A stretch of DNA of 64,000 bases, taken from contig CM120648.1 in the NCBI GenBank assembly GCA_051362555.1, forward strand, positions 4,212,587 to 4,276,586, in the 5' to 3' direction. Made by a program: the position numbers and the translations under genes. A model generated the notes under the pieces. It worked only from the letters and a program-made list of their open reading frames with translations. It did not search any database and was not told the DNA's origin. The stretch is from Lingula anatina (taxonomy: Eukaryota; Animalia; Brachiopoda). Within the stretch, counting starts at the first letter, position 1, and every line of letters starts with the position of its first letter. Below, piece after piece: positions 63,345 through 64,000 of the stretch.

Positions 63345-64000
63345 ATACACAGAATAGGCACAGGTTGCGTTAGAGAACCGTTCACTTTGCAAGAAAAGGC
63401 CCAAATTTTGACGAATGAAAATTTTCACATCTTAAACTATATCACAAAAGATCCCTAAAACATCTTACTGGAGACTCGATTTCAATTCCAAAGAAATTGG
63501 GCTATTATATGAAACCCGCACACGCTTGCAGGGAAATACAGTCATCCAGGGAATATATTGTAACGTATGTGAATTTAATCCAAATCTTTCACCAAATAAA
63601 AAAAATCTAACTTTCTGTTTATGAATTTCCATGGTATAGCGTTGAGTAGTCAGTGTCTGCAAAATTGCATTTGTTCACATCATGTGAACCCATGTCTTGG
63701 TCAACAGACATCCATGAGTGTTACAGAACGCGCCACTGCATACGATAAAAGCACAAACATAAGACCAGAGTCAATGACCAGGGGGTAAATATGTGTGTTC
63801 ATGTAGGAATTTCACTAAGACTTCAATAATTTGAAGTTAAAGCAGAAAGCATTAAGACATTGGAAGGACTTCTAAACCAACGAATTGCAAATGTCATGGC
63901 AGTTACTAGTATATTCAGATATGCAAAAAAGGTAACTTCACTTATTTCGAAGTATCTGTCTCTTTTGGTCATTGATGTATATACAGGCCCGTAGCTAGCA

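Overview
This is animal genomic DNA, AT-rich, intron-rich and microsatellite-rich. It is most likely a lophotrochozoan such as a mollusc (inference from gene families and repeat types). The six-frame ORF track is mostly noise, so I rebuilt the genes by hand from GT-AG junctions with consistent intron phases. (1) 479-37387 (+): the last 22 coding exons (1318 aa) of RERE/Atrophin, with BAH, ELM2, SANT, GATA-type zinc finger and Atrophin-1 C-terminus. Its 5' end lies upstream of the window. (2) 44055-49742 (+): a 2-coding-exon PRRT3/PRRT4-like 7-TM gene (827 aa) with a very large cytoplasmic loop. (3) 52091-57214 (+): a 10-exon zinc-dependent MDR alcohol dehydrogenase (370 aa). (4) 59794-57444 (-): a 3-coding-exon cysteine-rich somatomedin-B-like cell-surface protein (632 aa). 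(5) From 62606 (+): a tandem paralog of the ADH that runs off the window. Several MITEs and micro/minisatellites lie in introns. The most unusual signal is tandem repeats formed at exon boundaries: exon sequence copied into the neighbouring intron, duplicated splice acceptors, and a TGTCACAC-core minisatellite family that sits beside exons and also appears in frame inside a RERE exon. Also notable are a candidate internal RERE promoter with its own first exon and a candidate alternative RERE exon.
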